Part shown: one piece after another, positions 13,401 through 25,400 of the stretch
How positions within the stretch are numbered: position 1 is the first letter of the stretch
Layout: each line of letters opens with the position of its first letter
Assembly (NCBI GenBank): GCA_040954595.2
Contig: CM082582.2
Location: 3,704,303 to 3,768,302, forward strand
Origin: Balanoglossus misakiensis
Taxonomy: Eukaryota; Animalia; Hemichordata
Direction: 5' to 3'
Length of the DNA stretch: 64,000 bases
Notes under the pieces: generated by a model
Seen by the model: only the letters and a program-made list of their open reading frames with translations
What the model was told of the DNA's origin: nothing
The model's database searches: none
Translations under genes and position numbers: made by a program

Positions 13401-16400
13401 TTTTGTTTTATCTGTATAGGTGCTGTTTCTATTGCCATTGTGAAATCCGGAGGCAGGACAATTGTGGATGAATGTCAACAGCTTGGTAGACAGAAGCCAG
13501 GTACTGCTGTTATAACTGGAGCTGGAAAACTGCGCTGCAGCAACATCATTCATCTGGTTTCAGCAAACAAAGAAAACCTGGAGAAGAGTATCATGAGTTC
13601 CTTGATGTTGGCAGAGCAGAGTGGAATAAAATCATTGGCAATGCCAGCCATTGGTACAGGTATGTATAATAGATCAATATTGAACACACAGGTACTACCG
13701 GTACCTCAAGGGACTGTATGACCTACATGTTCATGCATGCCAGTAATGCTTGCTATTTCCTAAAGCCATGGGTATTAGTGGTGCTCAAAGCCTGAGTAAA
13801 GGCTAGACAAGAACTCCTAGGTCAAAGGATGCTTTTTTCACAACATATGTTACCGCTGTACAAGTAAAATAATTGATAATTACCAATCCTTATCCCATAA
13901 ATCGTAGGTCAAATATACATATTGATAGGTCGAATTTTGAAAAAAAAGACCAAGACTGAAGTGGTGTTGGGTCCCTACAGAAAGATGTAGTAGGTCTTAA
14001 TGAAATATGGAATATTTTGTCATATTTTGAGCAAGTTTTGTCACATTAAGTCAAAAAGTATTTTTGTAAATCAATTGACTGATGCAATATTGATATTGGT
14101 ACCAAAATTAAATTTCTTTAAACAGATGATCAAAGTAAGGTTTGTGCAGATTGTGAGAAAAACTTTCCTGTGATGCTCTTGTTTTTCACAAACTGTATGT
14201 CTGACAGCTTTGAAATTTTATATAAAAAATTGGTTTCTAACGCATTGCTCTACCGGTATGTGTCTATGCTCTACATGTATTTAAAAAGAATTTAAAATCA
14301 CACTGTAATGGTGTTTGAGAAACTGTCCCGTGGGAAACAATTGTAGAGCTGCATCGGCTGCAAAATTTATACAAACCTATTGCTTTAATTTTTCAAATCA
14401 GGTAAACTGGGCATTGATTCAAGGGATGTTGCCAACAAGACATTTCAAGTAATTCGTGACTTCTTTCAGAAAGTTCATCCACGTAATCTGAGGCTCATCA
14501 GAATCACCATCTTTCAGCAGGATATTGTTGATATATTCCGCCGTGCAATGACTGATTCGATAGCGATGCCACAAACGCAGGATGGCCATGGAGCAGTTAG
14601 AAGATGGATTGGTAACATGTTCTCAGTGAAATTTTGTATTGTATTGTGCACAAATTTGCACCTTTCATTTGCATTGCAAGGTCCTGGACCCATATTCAAA
14701 AGAGATACAATGACTTACAGGTTTTACACAAGTATGTGCATAGGTAAATATCTTTGGAGCCAAACATAAATGGTGTTGCACATTGATGCTATTTTGCAAT
14801 CATGCCTGATTTTCTTCCATTAGGTGGTTTTGGGTCTGCAGTAAAACAGGATTTCTTGGGACAGGATAAAAAAGATCACCGGCAGGCAACTCCAAAGCAG
14901 TGGAATACAATTATTTTAGATATATATGCTGGATCTCCAAATGCAATTGATGAAGCGATTAAAAGTATCGAAAAAACAATGGAAATAGAGTCAACAGAGC
15001 TAGTAAGGAAATAAAAATACATTATATGTAATTTAAGGTGCATAAGTCATATTTCTCACCAAAAACAATAATGGAACCCTAACAAACCAGTCATTAACTT
15101 CAAGTATTGGTATCACTTTCCTAATGTTAATATCTCATTCAAAACAGGAACTAACCTGAGGAAAAACAGAATACTACTACATGTATTTGTTTTGCATTAT
15201 CTATATTTCTTCTTGAAAGATATTAATATAAAACATGATGAAAATCACACAGCCCAATTCAGTTAATGTTATTCCTGCTTTAAGTGCCTAATTGGCAAAG
15301 TTAATGTGTGTGGTACAATATGTATAGAATCATGTGTTATATTATGTAATTAAGGTGACATTGGGTTTGAAACTGACTTGGTGACTGCTACTTTTTGCAT
15401 AATTTTCATGATAAGCTTACTAATGGTATACACAGACTTTTTATCAACCTCTACTTTTTGCTAATGTTTAAATCTGGACAAATTTAAAAAGGCACTTCAC
15501 CCATTTATCCAGCCTCTCAATGCAAAAGTATGTATTATATAACTCTTGTTGTGTGGGCACATGGGTACTAAGAATCTACTAAGAATCTTCACAAACTCAA
15601 AATGGTGTCATCTACATGAACTAATGCAAGATCCAGGGATTGAACATTGCCCCTTTGAAGTTTCTTTGTATTGTTGATATGGTACACGTCATCTTTAAAA
15701 TAGATATGAATGACTTATTTAAATTTATGGTTACTTTTAAATTGCAGATGATTGATACGGAAAGTGTCAGAAAACTCTCTGGCGAGGACATGTCATGTCT
15801 ACGTGACTTCGCAGAAACAATAAGTGTGAGTATTTTTCATGTCAAAGTTACTTTTCACTGTTAAGTGCTATTTGGTGTTTACATGATCATGAAATTTCAA
15901 TGCCAACATTCAATATTACTTCCCTTACTTTAAGAATAAGCTTTTCAGCTACTGTAAAACAGGAAATTTTTTGCGAATGATAAATTTTCGCGAACTTCAC
16001 GAGAGCAAAAAGAACACGATAATAAAAAGTCGGGAAAGAACACTGTGTACAATAGAATGCTATTCAGAGATAAAGAGAACGAGAAAATTAATCATCGCGT
16101 AATAGTTGCCTCAGTTGATATTGCGAAACTTTCCTGTCACGAAAAATTCCCGTTTTACAGTATTTCATCTTGGAAAGCTTTTCATAAAATTCGTAGAAAA
16201 AATATTTTGATCATACCCAGCCATAGTTCAAAAATCATACATCACATTTACATGGCCGTTTGTGAGGACAAACACAATTAAAGCTGCGAGCAGCATTGTC
16301 GGGCCCAAGCGCTGATCTTGAATTATATATGCACAGTATGAATGAGAAGAAACAGAATTTTCTATCGGATGTATTATATCTTGACATAACAAGGATGTGT

Positions 16401-19400
16401 GTATTTTTGCTGCTTAAATAGGGTGAAGTAGGTCAAAGGTCACCTGAGGTCACCCAACATTTGGGCAATTTTTTTTTACCCATACTGGTCCATGTCCAAC
16501 AAAAACCAAAACTCTAGCTCTATTGGTTCACCTGTAATTAGGTATGTGCATATTTAATGAGGTCAACAGGTGTCACAGGTGACCCAAAAATTTGGCTTTA
16601 CATTTTGGTCCCATCCTACCAAATGTCATGGCTGTATCTGCTCTGGATGCTGAGATATGCGAAAGTAGGTCAAAGGTCACCAGAGGTCACCAATAATTTG
16701 GGCAAAAAATGTTGATCCCATACTGGTCCATGTCCAACAAAAACAAAACCTCTAGCTCTATTGGTTCGCCTGTAATTAGCTATGTACATAATTAATGAGG
16801 TCAGCTGAGGTCAAAGGGGTCATGAAAAGTAGCAAAATATTTTGATCACACACTAATCCACATTCATCAAAAACCAAACGTCTAGCCATATAGGTTAGCC
16901 TGGAATTAGATATGCAGAAATAATACCGCGTGATAAGTAGGTCAAAGGTCATGTGAAAAATCGCCAAAAAATTGTAACCTATTTTAGTCACATGACGATT
17001 GATATCCATAAAAAGAATTTGTATGCTATCAATTTTTAGACTAGAAAAAGGAATTTCAAATTTTCACTGCTTTTTACAAAATCCAATATGGCCGCCATAA
17101 TCTTCGACCAATCACAATGCTCTTTGCAAACTTGATAGACATCCGTGTAGTGACCATACTCCCCGAATCTTGCAACTCAGTTATCGCCCGCTCTGGAGAA
17201 GAAGATTTTTGGAGTTTAACTATGGTTTTTCGAAAATCAAATATGGCCGCCATAATCTTCGACCAATCACAATGATCTTCGCAAACTTGATAGACATCAG
17301 TTAGGTGACCACATACCCCAAACCCCGTGTCTCGGTTATCACCGGTTCTGGAGTAGAAGATTTTTGAAATTTAAGCCAGATTTCAGAAAAAAAATTGTAG
17401 CAAAAAAACTGCAACATTGACAGCAAAATTTCCAATTACAAAAATGATGGGTAGAAGGTAGTCTACCTGCATGCCAAATTTGAAGTCGATCTGACTTGTA
17501 GTTTCTGAGATCTGAGATTTGATTTTTTTCAGAAAATCCAAGATGGCCGCCAGGTCACATGACTAATTAAGTATTCACAAGTCACTGCACATCTACTCAT
17601 AGACCTTGACCACTGTAGCAAGTTTGAGCAGTGTACCTGCAGTAGTTTCAGAGATTTAGTTGGCCGAAGAATTGACACAAGAAAAAAGAAAGAAAGAATT
17701 AAAGCTGCGAGCAGCATTGTCGGGCCCAAGCGCTGATCTTGAATTATATATGCACAGTATGAATAAGAAGAAACAGAATTTTCTATCGGCTGTATTATCT
17801 CATGACATAACAAGGACGTGTGTATTTTTGCTGCTGAAATAGGGTAAAGTAGGTCAAAGGTCACCTGAGGTCACCCAACATTTGGGCAAAATTTTTTGAC
17901 CCATATTGGTCTATGTCCAACAAAAACCAAAACTCTAGCTCTATTGGTTCGCCTGTTATTAGGTATGTGCATATTTAATGAGGTCAGCAGGTGTCACAGG
18001 TGACCCAAAAATTTGGTTATACATTTAGATCCCATCCTGCCAAGGCTGTATCTGCTCTGGATGTTGAGATATGCGAAAGTAGGTCAAAGGTCACCAAAGG
18101 TCACCAGACATTCGGGCAAAAAATTTTGACCCCATACTGGTCCATGTTCAACAAAAACCAAACCTCTACCTCTATTGGTTCGCCTGTAATTAGCTATGCA
18201 CATAATTAATGATTTCAGCAGAGGTCAAAGGGGTCATGAAAAGTAGCAAAATATTATGATTACACACTAATCCACATGCATCAAAAACCAAACGTCTAGC
18301 CCTATAGGTTAGCCTGGAAATAGATATGCAGAAATAATAATGTGTGAAAAGTAGGTCAAAGGTCATGTGAAAAATCACCAAAAATTTGTAACATATTTTA
18401 GTCATATGATGATTAATATCCATCAAAAGAATTTGCATGCTTTTAATTTTTAGACTAGAAAAAGGAATTTCAATTTTTCACTGCTTTTTACAAAATCCAA
18501 TATGGCCGCCATATTTTTCGACCAATCACAATGCTCTTCGCAAACTTGATAGGCATCAGTGTAGTGACCATACTCCCCGAATCTTGCAACTCAGTTATCG
18601 CCCGTTCTGGAGAAGAAGATTTTTGGAGTTTAACTATGGTTTTTCGAAAATCCAATATGGCCGCCATAATCTTCGACCAATCACAATGATCTTCGCAAAC
18701 TTGATAGACATCAGTTAGGTGACCACATACCCCAAACCCCGTGTCTTGTTTATCACCGGTTCTGGAGAAGAAGATTTTTGAAATTTAAGCCAGATTTCAG
18801 AAAAAAAATTGTAGCAAAAAAACTGCAACATTGACAGCAAAATTTCCAATTACAAAAATGATGGATAGACGGTAGTCTACCTGCATGCCAAATTTGAAGT
18901 TGATCTGACTTGTAGTTTCTGAGATCTGAGATTTGATTTTTTTCAGAAAATCCAATATGGCCGCCAGGTCACATGACTAATTAAGTATTCACAAGTCACT
19001 GCACATCTACTCATAGACCTTGACCACTGTAGCAAGTTTGAGCAGTGTACCTGCAGTAGTTTCAGAGATTTAGTTGGCCGAAGAATTGACACAAGAAAAA
19101 AGAAAGAAAGAAAGAAAGATTAAAGCTGCAAGCAGCATTGTCGGGCCCAAGCGCTGATCTTGAATTATATATGCACAGTATGAATGAGAAGAAACAGAAT
19201 TTTCTATCGGATGTATTATCTCATGACATAACAAGGATGTGTGTATTTTTGCTGCTGAAATAGGGTGAAGTAGGTCAAAGGTCACCTGAGGTCACCCAAC
19301 ATTTGGGCATTTTTTTTTTACCCATACTGGTCCATGTCCAACAAAAACCAAAACTCTAGCTCTATTGGTTCGCCTGTAATTAGCTATGTACATAATTAAT

Positions 19401-22400
19401 GAGGTCAGCTGAGGTCAAAGGGGTCATGAAAAGTAGCAAAATATTTTGATCACACACTAATCCACATTCATCAAAAACCAAACGTCTAGCCATATAGGTT
19501 AGCCTGGAATTAGATATGCAGAAATAATACCGCGTGATAAGTAGGTCAAAGGTCATGTGAAAAATCGCCAAAAAATTGTAACCTATTTTAGTCACATGAC
19601 GATTGATATCCATAAAAAGAATTTGTATGCTATCAATTTTTAGACTAGAAAAAGGAATTTCAAATTTTCACTGCTTTTTACAAAATCCAATATGGCCGCC
19701 ATAATCTTCGACCAATCACAATGCTCTTTGCAAACTTGATAGACATCCGTGTAGTGACCATACTCCCCGAATCTTGCAACTCAGTTATCGCCCGCTCTGG
19801 AGAAGAAGATTTTTGGAGTTTAACTATGGTTTTTCGAAAATCAAATATGGCCGCCATAATCTTCGACCAATCACAATGATCTTCGCAAACTTGATAGACA
19901 TCAGTTAGGTGACCACATACCCCAAACCCCGTGTCTCGGTTATCACCGGTTCTGGAGTAGAAGATTTTTGAAATTTAAGCCAGATTTCAGAAAAAAAATT
20001 GTAGCAAAAAAACTGCAACATTGACAGCAAAATTTCCAATTACAAAAATGATGGGTAGAAGGTAGTCTACCTGCATGCCAAATTTGAAGTCGATCTGACT
20101 TGTAGTTTCTGAGATCTGAGATTTGATTTTTTTCAGAAAATCCAAGATGGCCGCCAGGTCACATGACTAATTAAGTATTCACAAGTCACTGCACATCTAC
20201 TCATAGACCTTGACCACTGTAGCAAGTTTGAGCAGTGTACCTGCAGTAGTTTCAGAGATTTAGTTGGCCGAAGAATTGACACAAGAAAAAAGAAAGAAAG
20301 AATTAAAGCTGCGAGCAGCATTGTCGGGCCCAAGCGCTGATCTTGAATTATATATGCACAGTATGAATAAGAAGAAACAGAATTTTCTATCGGCTGTATT
20401 ATCTCATGACATAACAAGGACGTGTGTATTTTTGCTGCTGAAATAGGGTAAAGTAGGTCAAAGGTCACCTGAGGTCACCCAACATTTGGGCAAAATTTTT
20501 TGACCCATATTGGTCTATGTCCAACAAAAACCAAAACTCTAGCTCTATTGGTTCGCCTGTTATTAGGTATGTGCATATTTAATGAGGTCAGCAGGTGTCA
20601 CAGGTGACCCAAAAATTTGGTTATACATTTAGATCCCATCCTGCCAAGGCTGTATCTGCTCTGGATGTTGAGATATGCGAAAGTAGGTCAAAGGTCACCA
20701 AAGGTCACCAGACATTCGGGCAAAAAATTTTGACCCCATACTGGTCCATGTTCAACAAAAACCAAACCTCTACCTCTATTGGTTCGCCTGTAATTAGCTA
20801 TGCACATAATTAATGATTTCAGCAGAGGTCAAAGGGGTCATGAAAAGTAGCAAAATATTATGATTACACACTAATCCACATGCATCAAAAACCAAACGTC
20901 TAGCCCTATAGGTTAGCCTGGAAATAGATATGCAGAAATAATAATGTGTGAAAAGTAGGTCAAAGGTCATGTGAAAAATCACCAAAAATTTGTAACATAT
21001 TTTAGTCATATGATGATTAATATCCATCAAAAGAATTTGCATGCTTTTAATTTTTAGACTAGAAAAAGGAATTTCAATTTTTCACTGCTTTTTACAAAAT
21101 CCAATATGGCCGCCATATTTTTCGACCAATCACAATGCTCTTCGCAAACTTGATAGGCATCAGTGTAGTGACCATACTCCCCGAATCTTGCAACTCAGTT
21201 ATCGCCCGTTCTGGAGAAGAAGATTTTTGGAGTTTAACTATGGTTTTTCGAAAATCCAATATGGCCGCCATAATCTTCGACCAATCACAATGATCTTCGC
21301 AAACTTGATAGACATCAGTTAGGTGACCACATACCCCAAACCCCGTGTCTTGTTTATCACCGGTTCTGGAGAAGAAGATTTTTGAAATTTAAGCCAGATT
21401 TCAGAAAAAAAATTGTAGCAAAAAAACTGCAACATTGACAGCAAAATTTCCAATTACAAAAATGATGGATAGACGGTAGTCTACCTGCATGCCAAATTTG
21501 AAGTTGATCTGACTTGTAGTTTCTGAGATCTGAGATTTGATTTTTTTCAGAAAATCCAATATGGCCGCCAGGTCACATGACTAATTAAGTATTCACAAGT
21601 CACTGCACATCTACTCATAGACCTTGACCACTGTAGCAAGTTTGAGCAGTGTACCTGCAGTAGTTTCAGAGATTTAGTTGGCCGAAGAATTGACACAAGA
21701 AAAAAGAAAGAAAGAAAGAAAGATTAAAGCTGCAAGCAGCATTGTCGGGCCCAAGCGCTGATCTTGAATTATATATGCACAGTATGAATGAGAAGAAACA
21801 GAATTTTCTATCGGATGTATTATCTCATGACATAACAAGGATGTGTGTATTTTTGCTGCTGAAATAGGGTGAAGTAGGTCAAAGGTCACCTGAGGTCACC
21901 CAACATTTGGGCATTTTTTTTTTACCCATACTGGTCCATGTCCAACAAAAACCAAAACTCTAGCTCTATTGGTTCGCCAGTAATTAGGTATGTGCATATT
22001 TAATGAGGTCAGCAGGTGTTACAGGTGACCCAAAAATGTGGCTTTACAGTTTGGTCCCATCCTACCAAATGCCATGGCTGTATCTGCTCTGGATGCTGAG
22101 ATATGCGAAAGTAGGTCAAAGGTCACCAGAGGTCACCCAACATTTGGGCAAAAAATGTTGATCCCATACTGGTCCATGTCCAACAAAAACCAAACATCTA
22201 GCTCTATCGGTTGGCCTGTAATTAGCTATGCACATAATCAATGAGGTCAGCAGAGGTCAAAGGGCTCATGAAAAGTGGCAAAATATATTGATCACACACT
22301 AATCCACATTCATCAAAAACCAAACGTCTAGCCCTATAGGTTAGCCTGGAATTAGATATGCAGAAATAATAACGCGTGATAAGTAGGTCAAAGGTCATGT

Positions 22401-25400
22401 GAAAAATCGCCAAAAAATTGTAACATATTTTAGTCACATAACGATTGATATCCATAAAAAGAATTTGTATGCTATCAATTTTTAGACTAGAAAAAGGAAT
22501 TTCAATTTTTCACTGCTTTTTACAAAATCCAATATGGCCGCCATAATCTTCGACCAATCACAATGTTCTTTGCAAACTTGATAGACATCAGTGTAGTGAC
22601 CATACTCCCCGAATCTTGCGACTCAGTCATCGCCCGTTCTGGAGAAGAAGATTTTTGGAGTTTAACTATGGTTTTTCGAAAATCCAATATGGCCGCCATA
22701 ATCTTTGACCAATCACAATGATCTTCGCAAACTTGATAGACATCAGTTAGGTGACCACATACCACAAACCGCGTGACTCGGTTATCGCCGGTTCTGGAGA
22801 AGAAGATTTTTGAAATTTTGACCAGATTTCAGAAAAACAACTGTAGCAAAAAAACTGCAACATTGACAGAAAAATATCCAATTACAAAAATGATGGGCAG
22901 AAGGTACACTACCTGCACGCCAAATCTGAAGTGGATCTGACTTGTAGTTTCTGAGATCTGAGATTTGCATTTTTTCAGAAAATCCAATATGGCCGCCAGG
23001 TCACGTGACTAATTAAGTATTCACAAGTCACTGCACATCTACTTATTGACCTTGACCACTGTAGCAAGTTTGAGCAGTGTACCTGCAGTAGTTTCAGAGA
23101 TCTCGTTGGCCGAAGAATTGACACAAGAAAAAAGAAAGAAAGAAAGAAAGAAAAACCCCAACGAAACCAATAGGGCCCAAGCGCAAGCAAGCGCTTGGGC
23201 CCTAAAGAAAGAAAGAAAAACCCCAACGAAACCAATAGGGCCCAAGCGCTTGCTTGCGCTTGGGCCCTAAAAACAATACGGCACAGCACAAACAAGCACA
23301 TAAAACAAAGTCAAGTTTGTGAAAGAAAAATACACGTACATCTTATAAAAAAATCAAGAAGTGATGTCAGGTGTTTGTGAAAACATACTGTAATTAAAGC
23401 TGCAAGCAGCGTTGGCGGGGCACAAGCGGTTCCCATGGTGACCAGCAAATGCCACGGCTGTATCTGCTGGGGATACCAAGATATGGGAAAGTAGGTCAAA
23501 GGTCACCTGAGGTCACCCCAAATTTGGGCAAAAAAATTGGACCCCATTCTAGTCTAGATCCAACAAAAAACCAGACCCCTAGCCCTATTGGTTCGCCTGC
23601 AATTAGGTATGCACATAATTAATGAGGTCTTGTGTAAGACTCCATTATGTGCTCAATACCCATAAAAGCCAGGGCTCTAACTGCTGTGGAGGCTGAGATA
23701 TGGGAAAGTAGATCAAAGGTCACCCAAGGTCACCCAAAATTAGGGCATAAAATTTTGACCCCAGACTGGGCCATGTCCAACCAATACCAGACCTCTAGCC
23801 CTATTGGGTAGCATGGAATTAGATATGCAGAAAAATGATGTTTCAGAAATAGGTCAAAGGTCATTGCCAAAATTACCAAAATATTTGTGTCATGTCCTGG
23901 CAGCATTGGTACCCATGTCCACAAAATTCATGACTGTGGTGCTTTTACAAGAGGAGGTATGGGGAATATGCATATATAATTAGTTGTTTTAAAACTGGGT
24001 CAAAGGTCATGTGAAAATTGCCCCGAAAAATTGTGACAACTTCCGGTCATATGATGACTCATATCCAAAAAAAGAATTTCCGTGCTGTCAATATTTTGGC
24101 TACAAAAAGGAATTTATATTTTTCAGTGGTTTTCCGAAAATCCAACATGGCCGCCATAATGATCGACCAATCACAGTGCGCTTCGCAAACTTGATAGACA
24201 TAGGTTAGGTGACCACATGCCCCAAATCCCGTGACTCGGCAATCGCTGGTTCTGGAGAAGAAGATTTTTAAAGTTTTAAGTACTTTTTCAGAAAAACAAT
24301 TGTAGCAAAAAAACTTTATGTGTGACGTCATGATTTCTATGGGGTAAAATGATGGACAGAAGGTAGGCTACCTGCACACCAAATTTGAACTCGATCGGCC
24401 CAGTAGTTTTTGAGAAGGACTCGTTTAACGATTTTCAGGAAATCCAATATGGCCGCCAGGTCACGTGACTAATTAAATATTCACGAGCCACTGCACGTCT
24501 ACTCATTGGCCCCTATCACCCTACCAAGTTTCAGCCCCCTAGGTGCTGTGGTTTTCCAGATCTACCTGGCCGAATTTCTCGGAAGAAGAAGAATAATAAT
24601 AATAATTAAAGCTGCAAGCAGCATTGTCCGGGCCCAAGCTCTTTTATCTGATCTGATTATTAGATATGCACATAATTAATAAGTAGAAACATAATGCTGT
24701 CTTTTATCCCATGAAATATCAAGGTTATATCTATGTTTGGTGCTGATATAGTGTTAAGTTTTAAAGTAGGTCAAAGGTCACCCAGGCCCTTTTGGTTAAC
24801 CCAGAATTAGGTATGCACATAAATAATGAGTCAAGCTGGTGTCACAGGTGACCCAAAACTTTGGCTTTTCAGTATGGCCCCATACCTCCAAACGCCAAGG
24901 CTGTATCTGCTGTGGATGTCGAGATATGCAAAAGTAGGTCAAAGGTCACCCGAGGTCACCCAACATTTGGGCAAAATATTTTGACCCCATAATGGTCCAT
25001 GTATAACAAAAACAAAACCTCTAGGTCTATTGGTTCATCTGTAATTAGGTATGTGCATATTTAATGAGGTCATTAGAGGTCAAAGGGGTCATGAAAAGTA
25101 GCAAAATTTTTTGATCACATACAAATCCACATACATCAAAAACTAAACTTATAGCCCTATTGGTTAGCCTGGAATTAGATATGCAAAAAAATGATGCGTC
25201 AAAAGTAGGTCAAAGGTCATTGCCAAAATTACTAAAAAATGTATAGCTTATTCTTGGCATATGATGATTCATATCCATAAAAAGAATTTCTGTGCTATCA
25301 ATTTTTAGGCTAGAAAGGGAATTTTTACTTTTTAATCGTTTTTCACAAAATCCAATATGGCCGCCATAATCTTCGACCAATCACATTCCTCTTCGCAAAC

